Source: an uncultured Eubacteriales bacterium (GTDB lineage: Bacteria > Bacillota > Clostridia > Christensenellales > CAG-138). From it: a DNA stretch of 64,000 nt. The notes beneath the pieces are model-generated. The model did no database searches. It had not been told where the DNA came from and saw nothing but the letters and a program-made list of their open reading frames with translations. The position numbers and the translations under genes are program-made. Within the stretch, counting starts at the first letter, position 1. Each line of letters begins with the position of its first letter. The stretch is from the NCBI GenBank assembly GCA_902802575.1, contig CADCMN010000001.1, positions 18,410 through 82,409 of the forward strand. The letters are read 5' to 3'. This document shows, piece after piece, positions 39,503 to 49,127 of the stretch.

Positions 39503-40549
39503 CTACCGCTCCTCGCGGAAGTACGGCAGGCCCAGGGACATGGGCGGCTGATCCTCCTTGCGCTTGCGCAGGGCGACGAACAGCAGCACGAAGATGGTCA
39601 CCACGTAGGGGAGCATCTTGAACAGCTCCTGGGAGCTGCGGGTAAGGCCCCCGATGTAGAAGAAGGCCCAGTACAGCATGCCGAACAGGTAGGACCCCCA
39701 AATGGCCCTGAGGGGCTTCCAGGTGGCGAAGATGACCAGGGCCACGGCCAGCCAGCCCAGCGCTTCGATAGTGCCCTGGTTCTCCCAGGTGCCCTTGATG
39801 TAGTTCATGACGTAATAAGTGCCGCCGAAGCCCGAGACGCCGGCGCCGATGCAGGTTGCCAGATACTTGTATTTGGTGACGTTGATGCCGGCGGCGTCCG
39901 CGGTGGCTGTGTTCTCGCCCACAGCCCTCAGCGACAGGCCGTACCGCGTCTTCTTGAAAAACCACCAGAGGAAAATGGCCAGCAGGATGGCAAAGTAGGT
40001 CAAGAAGCCATAGGAGAACAGCATGGTGCCCAAACCGAACCCCAGCTTTGCCGTCCATCCGTCCACGGTCTTGACGAGATCCGTGGAGAAGGCGCGGAAC
40101 AGCTCGGAGGTCACCTTCACGTTCACCTGGCCTACGCCGCCGGCCAGGGTGTTCAGACTCCCGCCGAAGAAGTTGCCGATGCCGGAACCGAAGATGGTCA
40201 GCGTAAGGCCGGTCACGTTCTGGTTGGTCCGCAATGAGATGGTCAAAAAGCTGTAGATCAAGCCGCCGCAGGCCGCCGCCAGGAAGGTCGCGGCCAGGCA
40301 GATGATGATGCAGAGGACAGGATTGGGCGCGATATTGAGCCGGTGGCAGAGGAGGTTCTCATAATAGAACGTGGACGCCAGGCCCGCGATGCCGCCCAGG
40401 TACATGATGCCGGGAACGCCCAGATTCAGGTTGCCCGATTTTTCCGTCAGGATCTCACCAAGGGCGCCGAAAAGGATGACCGTGCCGAAGATGACCCCCG
40501 ATTGGAACAGGGACGGAAGAGACGTCAGAAAACTAACAAAGCCGTTCAT
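39503..40549 (-). CDS. ABC transporter permease (BMP/nucleoside-type system)
   Basis: 348 aa, polytopic. Follows the paralogous permease. Confidence 0.85.
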   Translation of the reverse strand: MNGFVSFLTSLPSLFQSGVIFGTVILFGALGEILTEKSGNLNLGVPGIMYLGGIAGLASTFYYENLLCHRLNIAPNPVLCIIICLAATFLAAACGGLIYSFLTISLRTNQNVTGLTLTIFGSGIGNFFGGSLNTLAGGVGQVNVKVTSELFRAFSTDLVKTVDGWTAKLGFGLGTMLFSYGFLTYFAILLAIFLWWFFKKTRYGLSLRAVGENTATADAAGINVTKYKYLATCIGAGVSGFGGTYYVMNYIKGTWENQGTIEALGWLAVALVIFATWKPLRAIWGSYLFGMLYWAFFYIGGLTRSSQELFKMLPYVVTIFVLLFVALRKRKEDQPPMSLGLPYFREER

Positions 40550-40561
40550 ACATTCGCCCCC

Positions 40562-41695
40562 TTACTGCTTTTGCTTGCCAAAGTGCACCTGGTAGTTCAA
40601 GAAGAATTCGCATCCCAGGATGAAGAACAGGATGATGCCCGTGATGATCTGGGAGACGTATTCGTTGAGGCCGAAATCGGAGGCGATCTGAATGGCGCCT
40701 TTGCTCATGAACGTGAGCAAGGCGGAGATGCCGATCATTACGAAGGGATTCATCTTGGCAAGCCAGGCTACGATGATGGCAGTGAAGCCTCGGCCGCCGG
40801 CGGTGTCGATGGAGATGGTGCGGGAAACGGCGGACACGGCAAGGAACCCGGCAAAGCCGCAGATGGCGCCGGAGATGGCCATGGTCCGCATGTAGACGTA
40901 GGGCACGCGGATGCCGGAATACCGGGCGGTGTTCTCCGATTCACCTACCACAGCGATCTCATAGCCCTGCTTGGTGTACCGAAGATAGATGTACATCAGA
41001 GCGGCCAGGAAAAGCACGATCAAAACCACGATCATGTAGTCGTCGTCAAAGCCCTTTTTGAACAGGTTCCCGATCCAGCCGATGTAGGTGTTGGGCTTGC
41101 CCGCACCGTTGATGGTGCCCACGGAGTTGGACCCCGGAGGGTATTCCCAAAGCGCCACACAAAAACTGGTCAGCTGGATGGCAATATAGTTCATCATCAG
41201 GGTGAACAGGGTCTCGTTGGTATTCCACCTGGCCTTGAAGAAACCGGGAATGAAGCCCCAAAAGGCGCCGGCCAGGATGGCGAACACCACCATGCACAGA
41301 AACAGCACCGGCGTGGGGACCTTGCCCGCCAGATTTATCATGCAGAACGCCGCGCCGATGGCGCCCACCAGCATCTGACCCTCGGCGCCGATGTTCCAGA
41401 AGCGCATCTTGAAGGCCGGGGCCAGGCCGATGGCGATGCAGGTGAGGATCATGCAGTCGCGGATGGTGATCCAGCTGCGCATCTTGGTGATCATCCAGGA
41501 GCTGGAGGTGCCGAAGGCGCCGTCGGCCATGGACATATAGACCTTGATGGGGTTCAAAGACACGCCGCGCATGGAGCCCACCATCATGATAACGAAGCCC
41601 GCCACCACCAGGGCGATCAGAACGGCGATCAGGCGGATCAGCCATGCCTTCCAGGTTGCGATCCCGTCTCGTTTTGAAATATGCATCTTATTCAC
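40562..41695 (-). CDS. ABC transporter permease (BMP/nucleoside-type system)
   Basis: 377 aa, polytopic. Overlaps the ATPase gene stop by 8 nt. Confidence 0.85.
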   Translation of the reverse strand: MNKMHISKRDGIATWKAWLIRLIAVLIALVVAGFVIMMVGSMRGVSLNPIKVYMSMADGAFGTSSSWMITKMRSWITIRDCMILTCIAIGLAPAFKMRFWNIGAEGQMLVGAIGAAFCMINLAGKVPTPVLFLCMVVFAILAGAFWGFIPGFFKARWNTNETLFTLMMNYIAIQLTSFCVALWEYPPGSNSVGTINGAGKPNTYIGWIGNLFKKGFDDDYMIVVLIVLFLAALMYIYLRYTKQGYEIAVVGESENTARYSGIRVPYVYMRTMAISGAICGFAGFLAVSAVSRTISIDTAGGRGFTAIIVAWLAKMNPFVMIGISALLTFMSKGAIQIASDFGLNEYVSQIITGIILFFILGCEFFLNYQVHFGKQKQ

Positions 41696-43322
41696 CTCCT
41701 CCGACCTTGGTCATCATGAGACCCACCTGCTCCTTGGTGATGGAGCGGCCGTCCACGATGCCGGAGACCTGGCCGCCGCACAGGACCAGGATCCTGTCGC
41801 ACAGCTCCAGCAGCACGTCCAGATCCTCGCCCACGTAGATGACGGCGACGCCCTGCATCTTCTGCTGGGTCAACAGATTATAGATGGTGTAGGACGTGTT
41901 GATATCAAGTCCGCGCACGGCATAGGCCGTCATCAAAACGGTCGGGCTTTGCTCGATCTCACGGCCCACCAGCACCTTCTGCACGTTGCCGCCGGAAAGC
42001 CGACGCAGGGGCGTGCGATTGATGTCGGGGGTCACCACCTCCAGGTCGTTGACGATCTTATCGGCCAGCTTGCGCGGCGTTTGCTGATCCAGCATGGGGC
42101 CGGCACCCTTGCGGTAGCTGCGCAGCATGACGTTTTGGGTGATGTTCATGCCGCCCACCAAGCCCATGCCGAAACGATCCTCTGGCACGAAGGACAGGAG
42201 GATGCCCTTGCGGATGATGTCCAGGGGGTCCATACCCTCAAGATGTATTCCCTTTCCCTGGGGGTCGATATAGGTGATATTGCCGCCCTCTTCCACATGC
42301 TGAATGCCGGCGATGGACTCCAGCAGCTCCTTTTGGCCGCTGCCGGCGATACCGGCAATGCCGAGGATCTCCCCGCCGTAGGCGGTGAAGGATACGTCGC
42401 TCAGCTTCTTGACGCCCTCTTTATTCTTGACGGTCAGATGCTCCACCCGCAGCCGCTCCTTGAGGGAATCGGCCATGGGCCGATCGATGTTCAGGCTGAC
42501 GGCGTGGCCCACCATCATGTCGGTCAGGGACTGCTGGGAAGCCTGGCTGGTGGGAACGTCCCCGATATACTGGCCTTTGCGCAGCACGGCCACCCGGTCG
42601 GAAACGGCCAGCACCTCATGGAGCTTGTGGGTGATGATGATGATGGCCTTGCCGTCCTTCTTCATGTTCTTCATGACGGCAAAGAGCTTGTCCGTCTCCT
42701 GGGGCGTCAGCACGGCGGTGGGCTCGTCCAGGATCAGGATGTCGGCGCCGCGGTACAGCACCTTGACGATCTCCACGGTCTGCTTCTGGGAAACGGACAT
42801 ATCGTAGACCTTCTGGTTGGGGTCGATCTCGAACCCGTAGCGGTCCGCGATCTCCCGCACGGCCTTGGCGACGGCGTTCTTGTCCAGCTTGCCGCGCTCG
42901 CCGGGCAGGCCGAGGACGATGTTTTCAGCGGCGGTGAACACGTCCACCAGCTTGAAATGCTGATGGATCATGCCGATGCGCAGATCGAAGGCGTCCTTGG
43001 GCGAGCGGATCTCCACCTTGCTGCCGTTGACGAAAATCTCTCCTTCATCGGGATAGTAGATGCCGGACAGCATGTTCATCAGGGTGGTTTTACCGCTGCC
43101 GTTCTCGCCGAGAAGGGATAGGATCTCCCCCTTATTCAGGGTCAGATCAATGGCGTTGTTGGCGACCACACTGCCAAATCGCTTGGTGATTCCCTTCAAT
43201 TCGATGGCAGGGACCTCAGAAGGGACTTGCTGATCGATCGGGCTGGGGATCTTGTTATCCTGTTTTGTTTCCAAAGACGCCGTCCTTTCTTCTTTGCGTG
43301 GGAAAAACACGGAAAGAACCAT
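41688..43322 (-). CDS. ABC transporter ATP-binding protein, duplicated ATPase
   Basis: 544 aa. Two Walker A / LSGG cassettes (GENGSGKTT; LSGGNVQK). The true start may be an internal TTG with a better RBS. Confidence 0.85.
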   Translation of the reverse strand: MVLSVFFPRKEERTASLETKQDNKIPSPIDQQVPSEVPAIELKGITKRFGSVVANNAIDLTLNKGEILSLLGENGSGKTTLMNMLSGIYYPDEGEIFVNGSKVEIRSPKDAFDLRIGMIHQHFKLVDVFTAAENIVLGLPGERGKLDKNAVAKAVREIADRYGFEIDPNQKVYDMSVSQKQTVEIVKVLYRGADILILDEPTAVLTPQETDKLFAVMKNMKKDGKAIIIITHKLHEVLAVSDRVAVLRKGQYIGDVPTSQASQQSLTDMMVGHAVSLNIDRPMADSLKERLRVEHLTVKNKEGVKKLSDVSFTAYGGEILGIAGIAGSGQKELLESIAGIQHVEEGGNITYIDPQGKGIHLEGMDPLDIIRKGILLSFVPEDRFGMGLVGGMNITQNVMLRSYRKGAGPMLDQQTPRKLADKIVNDLEVVTPDINRTPLRRLSGGNVQKVLVGREIEQSPTVLMTAYAVRGLDINTSYTIYNLLTQQKMQGVAVIYVGEDLDVLLELCDRILVLCGGQVSGIVDGRSITKEQVGLMMTKVGGGE

Positions 43323-43442
43323 ATTTATTCACAAATTATAGTAGCATATCAAAACGTGGATGTAAAGAAATATCGTCGCGTTTTATGCAAAAAAAGAGGA
43401 CGGCCGTCGTAAAGACAGCCGTCCTGAAGGAGCCTGGGATGA

Positions 43443-44672
43443 TTAGTTGAGCTCGGTGATGCCGTCGATCCTCAGAGAGAAGGAAGGCGCGGACTGGAAG
43501 TAGGACTCATGGTAGTAGCCGTCAAAGACCGCGTTGTCCGCATCGTTGACCCAGTCGCCGTCGGTATCGGTGGCAAAGGCCTCCTCGACCTTGACACCGC
43601 CCACGGTGAAGGTGTTGGTGTCGAACACGTTGAGCTTGCCGGCCTTGAAGGCGGCGATCAGCTCATCGACCTTCTCCTGGGTGCCGGGGGCGCAGGAGGG
43701 ACCCAGCTTGGTGACCGCGACAGCGTCATCCGCAAAGCCCTTGGCCCAGTTGGTGTCGAACTTCTCACCCTTGAGCACGGCGCCGATAGCGTAGGTGTAG
43801 TACTCGACCCACTCGTTGGTGGGGGAGGTCAGGGCGGCGGTGGGGGCGTTGGCCAGCATGTCCACGTTGTAGCCCACGGAGTAGACGGTGGTGTTCTTCT
43901 TGGTCAGGTACTCTTCGCAGGTGGCGGGAGCGCCGGTGGAGTCGGCGTGCTGACCGATGATGATGCAGCCGCGCTCGATCAAGGCCTTGGCAGCCTCGGA
44001 CTCAGCGGTGATGTTGAACCAGGAGTTGGTGTACTGCACGTCCATGACCACGTTGGGCACGACGGACTTGATGCCCAGATAGAAGGCGGTGTAACCGGAG
44101 ACCACTTCGGCGTAGGGATAGGCGCCGACGTAACCGATCTTGATGTTCTCGCCGTCCTTGTTCTTGTCTTCCACCTTGCCCTCGTCGATGAGCTGCTGCA
44201 GCTTCATGCCGGCGACGACGCCGCCCACGTAGCGGGCTTCATAGATGTTGGTGAAAGCGTTGTGGAAGTTGGCAAGGCCGGACTTCTTGGCGGTATCGCC
44301 CGTCATGGCGACGAACTCCACATCGGGATACTTGGCCGCCGCCTGCTCACAGAAGCTCTGATGGCCGTAGGAGTTGGTGATGACCAGCTTCGCACCCTTG
44401 GCGACGCAGTCAACGCACGCATCGTAGCACGCCTCGGTCTCGCCGACGGTGTACTTCCAGATGACGTTCTCCTCGGAGAGGCCAAGCCGCTTCAGAGCGC
44501 CCTTGATGCCCTCGATGTGCGCATAGGTATATCCCTCGTTCTCATCGCCGACCAGGACCGCGCCGACCTTGAACGGGGCCTCTTCCTTAGCGTCGGACTT
44601 AGCACCGCTCTGGCAGCCAACGATGGAAAGGACCATCAGCAGGCACATCAGGATTGCCAATAAACGTTTCAT
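43443..44672 (-). CDS. BMP family ABC substrate-binding lipoprotein
   Basis: 409 aa. Lipobox LSIVGC. PnrA/Med-like body. Confidence 0.85.
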   Translation of the reverse strand: MKRLLAILMCLLMVLSIVGCQSGAKSDAKEEAPFKVGAVLVGDENEGYTYAHIEGIKGALKRLGLSEENVIWKYTVGETEACYDACVDCVAKGAKLVITNSYGHQSFCEQAAAKYPDVEFVAMTGDTAKKSGLANFHNAFTNIYEARYVGGVVAGMKLQQLIDEGKVEDKNKDGENIKIGYVGAYPYAEVVSGYTAFYLGIKSVVPNVVMDVQYTNSWFNITAESEAAKALIERGCIIIGQHADSTGAPATCEEYLTKKNTTVYSVGYNVDMLANAPTAALTSPTNEWVEYYTYAIGAVLKGEKFDTNWAKGFADDAVAVTKLGPSCAPGTQEKVDELIAAFKAGKLNVFDTNTFTVGGVKVEEAFATDTDGDWVNDADNAVFDGYYHESYFQSAPSFSLRIDGITELN

Positions 44673-44918
44673 TCAGATTCTTCCTCCTATTTTTTGGCTT
44701 TATTGCAGACCGTCATCGGTCTTACAATCCAGTGGCACAACGGTTCATTGCTGCGAACACACATAAAAAAAGTATCGCACAATAAAACGTTGGCACTATA
44801 TTACCAGAAAAATACGGATTTGTACAGCCGTGTTTTTCAGATTCTTGCAAAAATGAGGGGGAACCGAGAGAATATATCATTTTGTCAAGGATTTTTTGGC
44901 GGCGGTACGGAAAAAGCT

Positions 44919-44947
44919 TTGAAAAAAGACGCACTATACAGTATACT
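44919..44947 (+). promoter_or_regulatory. candidate sigma-70 promoter of the alcohol dehydrogenase gene
   Basis: TTGAAA, 17 nt, TATACT, about 30 nt upstream of the RBS. Confidence 0.5.
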
Positions 44948-44975
44948 GGTATCATCTTCAGCAAGGAGGCAGATT

Positions 44976-46160
44976 ATGAACGGAGACTTTACGTTGTATA
45001 CCCCCACCAAGGTGGTGTTCGGACGGAAGACGGAAGAGAAGGCAGGGGAGCTGGTGGCTGCCTTCGGCGGCAGCCGGGTGCTGATCCATTACGGCGGCAG
45101 CAGCGCCGTGCGCTCGGGCCTCATCGACCGGGTGAAGGCGTCGCTGGATCGTGCGTGCATATTCCATGTGGAGCTGGGCGGCGTGGTGCCCAATCCTCAG
45201 CTCTCCAAAGTATATGAGGGTATCGAGCTGGCGAAACAGAACGGCGTGGACTTCCTGTTAGCCGTGGGCGGCGGGTCCGTCATCGACTCGGCCAAGGCCA
45301 TTGCCTATGCGCTCGCTGAGCCGGAATATGACGTGAAGGAGCTCTATGAGCATACCCGCAAGGCCAAGGCCTGCTTCCCTGTCGGCACCATTCTGACCAT
45401 CGCCGCCTCGGGCAGCGAGATGAGCGACAGCAGCGTCATCTCCTACGAGGACAAAAAGCGGGGCTACAACAGCGACCTGTGCCGGCCCAGATTCGCCGTC
45501 ATGGACCCGGAGCTCACCATGACATTGCCGGACTATCAGACATGCGCGGGGTGTTCCGACATCCTGATGCACACCATGGAGCGGTATTTCACCAACGGCA
45601 GCAAGCTGGAGATCACGGACGCCCTGGCCGAGGGGCTGCTGCGCACGGTGATGAAATACGCCGCCGTCCTCCACAGGGATCCCTTGAACTATGAGGCCCG
45701 GGCGGAGATCATGTGGGCCGGGAGCCTGTCCCACAACGGCCTCACCGGCTGCGGCAACGACGCCAACGACTTTGCCTCCCATCGGCTGGAGCATGAGCTG
45801 GGCGCTCTGTACGGCGTGACCCACGGGGCGGGGCTCACCGCGGTCTGGCCCAGCTGGGCGCGGTATGTGTACAAGAACTGCCTGCCCCGATTCGTCAGGT
45901 TTGCCGTGAACGTCATGGGCGTGGCTCCCGGCGCTTCCGACGAGGAGACCGCCCTTTCCGGCATCGCCGCCATGGAGGAATTCTTCCGCTCCATCGGCAT
46001 GCCCGTGACCATCCGGGAGCTTCTGGGCAAGGAGATCACGGAAGAGGAGATAGGGCTCCTCGCCAAGAACTGCGCCTTGGCCACCGGCGGCAAGGTAGGC
46101 AGCGCCATGGCCCTCTACGAAGAGGACATGGCCAACATCTTCCGCATGGCGAGGGCGTAA
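44976..46160 (+). CDS. iron-containing alcohol dehydrogenase (butanol dehydrogenase-like)
   Basis: Start at MNGDFTLYTPTKVVFG (AGGAGG RBS). GGGSVIDSAK and HxxxH metal motifs. Confidence 0.85.
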   Translation: MNGDFTLYTPTKVVFGRKTEEKAGELVAAFGGSRVLIHYGGSSAVRSGLIDRVKASLDRACIFHVELGGVVPNPQLSKVYEGIELAKQNGVDFLLAVGGGSVIDSAKAIAYALAEPEYDVKELYEHTRKAKACFPVGTILTIAASGSEMSDSSVISYEDKKRGYNSDLCRPRFAVMDPELTMTLPDYQTCAGCSDILMHTMERYFTNGSKLEITDALAEGLLRTVMKYAAVLHRDPLNYEARAEIMWAGSLSHNGLTGCGNDANDFASHRLEHELGALYGVTHGAGLTAVWPSWARYVYKNCLPRFVRFAVNVMGVAPGASDEETALSGIAAMEEFFRSIGMPVTIRELLGKEITEEEIGLLAKNCALATGGKVGSAMALYEEDMANIFRMARA

Positions 46161-46175
46161 GGTAGAATCGTTCAG

Positions 46176-46204
46176 AAAGAGGCGCTTGACGGCGCCTCCT
46201 TTTC
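46176..46204. terminator. bidirectional intrinsic terminator
   Basis: gaggcgc..gcgcctc hairpin with a flanking A-run and T-run, between convergent genes. Confidence 0.7.
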
Positions 46205-46205
46205 G

Positions 46206-47738
46206 TTATCTGTATATGCGCTGCAATCCGTTTTCCGTCAGGGTGCAGAGGATGGGCGTGACCTCCTCGATAAACTTTCTGTCGTGGGACACAGCCAGGA
46301 TGCAGCCCGGGAATTCGGAGAGGAGCTTTCGCACCGCGGGGCAGGAGAGGGGGCTGAAGTTCCGGGTGGGCTCGTCCAGAAGCAGCACGTTGCTTTTGTC
46401 CAGAATGGCCTTGAGCAGCAGGAGCTTGGCCCGCTGGCCGCCGGAAAGGTCGCTGACGGCGTGGTTCATCTCGTCGGTGGTGTACTTCATGCTGCCCAAG
46501 TAGATGCGGGCCTTGGTGACGCTCTCCTTGTCCCCGTCCGGGGCCAGGAACGCCTCGGGCCGCATGGAATAGCTCACGCCCTCGCCGTAGCGCTGGGGCA
46601 TATAGGTGCAGCGGATATCCTGGCGAGAGAGGAGCTCCCGGGCGATCCGGTCCATCAGCGTGCTCTTGCCGCAGCCGTTGGGCCCCAGGATGCAGATCTT
46701 CTCCGGGCCGATGATCTTGAGCCGCACATCCCGGGACAGAAGCCGGTCGCCCACCCGCAATTCGTCCAGGGCATAGTCCAACACCACCTTGCCCCGGCTC
46801 AGCTCCACGCCCGGCTCCCACTTGGGCAGGATGGCCCATTCCGCCTCGGGGAGCTGCGTTAGCTCTTCCTCATCCTTATCAAGGCGCCGTCCCATGGACT
46901 TGACCGCGTGCATCTTCTTTTTCAATAGTCGCCCACCGGAGGGATTGCCCCGACTGATGGAATCCTGGGCGTGCTCCACGGCATTGTAGATGGAGAGATA
47001 CCGATCCTTCTTCTTCCGAAAGTCCGCCTGCTCGAACCGGGCCTGTTGCTCCTGATGGGCGAACTGCCGTGCACGCTGATCCATATAGGCCCGATACCCC
47101 TCCCGGGACACGGTAGAGCGGCAGATGGTCTTTCGCCGCACCTGCTCCAGATGTATGATGACGTCCGCCGTCTCCTCCAACAGGACCTCGTCGTGGGAGA
47201 TGTAGAGGACTGCCCCGGGGAATGCGTTCATGAATTCGGACAACCATTCCAACGTCTCGATATCGAGGTCGTTGGAGGGCTCGTCCAGCAGCAGGATGTC
47301 GCACCGGCTCAGCAGCAGCGCCGAGAGCTGGACCTTCACCCGCTCCCCGCCGGAAAGAGTCTCCAGGGGGCGCGCCTCTTCGAAGAGGGCGGGGGAAAGG
47401 CCCAGGCGGCAGGCCACATCGTTGATCTCCCTGGGGGACAGGGCATAGAACCCGCAGGCCCCCTCCATATAGGCGCAGACGGGCAGGGCCTTCTCCTCAG
47501 ACGGCAGCTCCTGGGGGAGATAGCCCATCTTGCCGTCGATGATCCGCTGGCCCCGGACTTCGGCGTAGCCTTCCACCATGGCCGGGTCGAAGATCCATTT
47601 GAGCAGGGTGGACTTGCCGTTGCCCTCCTCGCCGATGAGGGCGGCCCGCTCGCCCTTGTGCAATGTGAAAGAAAGGTCGTCCGCCAGCAGACGGTCGTCC
47701 TTTCGGGAAAGGATGGTCACATTTCGAATTTGCAGCAT
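46206..47738 (-). CDS. ABC-F family ATPase (ribosome-associated, ARE-like)
   Basis: 510 aa. Two NBDs with no TM. Basic inter-domain linker (QEQQARFEQADFRKKKDRY..GGRLLKKKMHAVK). Confidence 0.85.
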   Translation of the reverse strand: MLQIRNVTILSRKDDRLLADDLSFTLHKGERAALIGEEGNGKSTLLKWIFDPAMVEGYAEVRGQRIIDGKMGYLPQELPSEEKALPVCAYMEGACGFYALSPREINDVACRLGLSPALFEEARPLETLSGGERVKVQLSALLLSRCDILLLDEPSNDLDIETLEWLSEFMNAFPGAVLYISHDEVLLEETADVIIHLEQVRRKTICRSTVSREGYRAYMDQRARQFAHQEQQARFEQADFRKKKDRYLSIYNAVEHAQDSISRGNPSGGRLLKKKMHAVKSMGRRLDKDEEELTQLPEAEWAILPKWEPGVELSRGKVVLDYALDELRVGDRLLSRDVRLKIIGPEKICILGPNGCGKSTLMDRIARELLSRQDIRCTYMPQRYGEGVSYSMRPEAFLAPDGDKESVTKARIYLGSMKYTTDEMNHAVSDLSGGQRAKLLLLKAILDKSNVLLLDEPTRNFSPLSCPAVRKLLSEFPGCILAVSHDRKFIEEVTPILCTLTENGLQRIYR

Positions 47739-47784
47739 ATCTGCCTCCTGTTTCCGCGCTCATAAAAAGCACGTCCGGCAGAAT

Positions 47785-47847
47785 AAAAAAAGCCTGCGGT
47801 CGTGATCCTTTGAGCGCACACACTGAGCGACACTCTCGTGCCGCAGG
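47785..47847 (-). promoter_or_regulatory. candidate leader terminator/attenuator of the ABC-F gene
   Basis: In the ~170-nt leader, CCTGCGG..CCGCAGG is followed by T7. A second CGTGC-T5 element lies closer to the start. A tiny uORF ATG-CGC-AAC-TGA lies upstream. Confidence 0.35.
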
Positions 47848-47918
47848 GGATGTTGTTGCGTTCAAAATCGATCAGTTGCGCATGCCTTACTTGAAGTGCT
47901 CCTTTGGTTGTTACAGTG

Positions 47919-47947
47919 AGTATAAAGGAGGAAAGAGGAAAAGTCAA
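47919..47947 (-). promoter_or_regulatory. candidate sigma-70 promoter of the ABC-F gene
   Basis: On the minus strand: TTGACT, 17 nt, TATACT. Confidence 0.5.
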
Positions 47948-47949
47948 TG

Positions 47950-47984
47950 AAAAAAATCAGGAGACGGTCAAAAGCCGTCTCCTG
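47950..47984 (-). terminator. intrinsic terminator after the AraC gene
   Basis: caggagacgg..ccgtctcctg hairpin followed by T7 on the minus strand. Confidence 0.7.
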
Positions 47985-47995
47985 CAGGGGGACCG

Positions 47996-48901
47996 TCAGT
48001 CTTTTTTGACGATGGGGAGCCAGATCTCGCAATAGTGAGAGTTGTTGACCGCCTCGTTCCCGTCCTCGAAGGGCCAATGGATCACGCCGATCTCCGGGGC
48101 TTCCCGCAGCATGTAGCCCGAGGACGGCAGCCATTGGGTGACGGCTTGCCGACGAAGATCGTCCACCAGCTCTATGGGAAACTTGCAGCGCTCGGTCTCG
48201 CATACGAGATAGGTCCCGGCGGGGATGGAAAGGTGTTCGTACCGCTTGGCAAACTCGCCCAAACATTCGTCGAAATCCTTCAGCGCCCAATGGGGCAGCC
48301 GGTAGGCGAAATAGAAGTCGTAGCCCTCGGGCGTAAAGTCAGTCATGACCGTGTAGACGAGCTCGTGCTCCCGGCTCATCCCTTCCAGCACATACTGCTC
48401 CACCCGGGTCTCGCAGGCAAAGCAGTGGTCCTGATCCTGTTTGTCGCAGGGGTCGCCAATAAAGCGGCGCTTGAAGCCGGTCAGGAGCATCTCGGGCTTT
48501 TCTTCGATACGATAGTTCATGATGTTGCCTCCTTCCAAAGTGACTTTGATGAACAGAGGGGAAAAGGACTTGAGCTTCGCCCCGCTTTTGCGGGCCTCGG
48601 AGGGCGTGATGCCGTGGAACTTTTGAAAGGCCTTGGCAAAGCTGTCGGGACTGTCGTAGCCGTATTGAAGGGCGATATCGATCACCTTCTCCTTCCCGGC
48701 GGCCAGCTTCGACCCGGCGATGGACAGTCTTCGGTTGCGGATGTATTCGCCCAGGGTGTTCCCGCACAGGATGCTGAAGATGCGCTGGAAATGGAAGGGC
48801 GAAGACAGGCTCTCCCGGGCGATGCGCTCATAGTCGAGATCGTCCTCCATATGGGTTTCGATGTAGTCCAGCGCGCGCTGTATGCCGGTGATCCAATCCA
48901 T
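47996..48901 (-). CDS. AraC family regulator with GyrI-like effector-binding domain
   Basis: Start at MDWITGIQRALDYIE (GGAGGGG RBS). AraC HTH region followed by a GyrI-like C-terminal half. Confidence 0.8.
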   Translation of the reverse strand: MDWITGIQRALDYIETHMEDDLDYERIARESLSSPFHFQRIFSILCGNTLGEYIRNRRLSIAGSKLAAGKEKVIDIALQYGYDSPDSFAKAFQKFHGITPSEARKSGAKLKSFSPLFIKVTLEGGNIMNYRIEEKPEMLLTGFKRRFIGDPCDKQDQDHCFACETRVEQYVLEGMSREHELVYTVMTDFTPEGYDFYFAYRLPHWALKDFDECLGEFAKRYEHLSIPAGTYLVCETERCKFPIELVDDLRRQAVTQWLPSSGYMLREAPEIGVIHWPFEDGNEAVNNSHYCEIWLPIVKKD

Positions 48902-49127
48902 GGCTTCCCCTCCTGTCAAGGACATCATAGCAGAGTCCGGGGCCTGATGCACGACTTTTTGTGCGCACAGGCATCGGACAGATACAGAATCAAAACTCCG
49001 TTTGTTTTCATGTTTGAAATGTTTTTGCATCCGCGCATCTCTCCGTTTATACTAAATAAAAACAGTTTTCGGAGAAATCAAACGCAGACAAACAGAACTT
49101 TTGCTATCCAGCAGGGAGGAAAACAGC

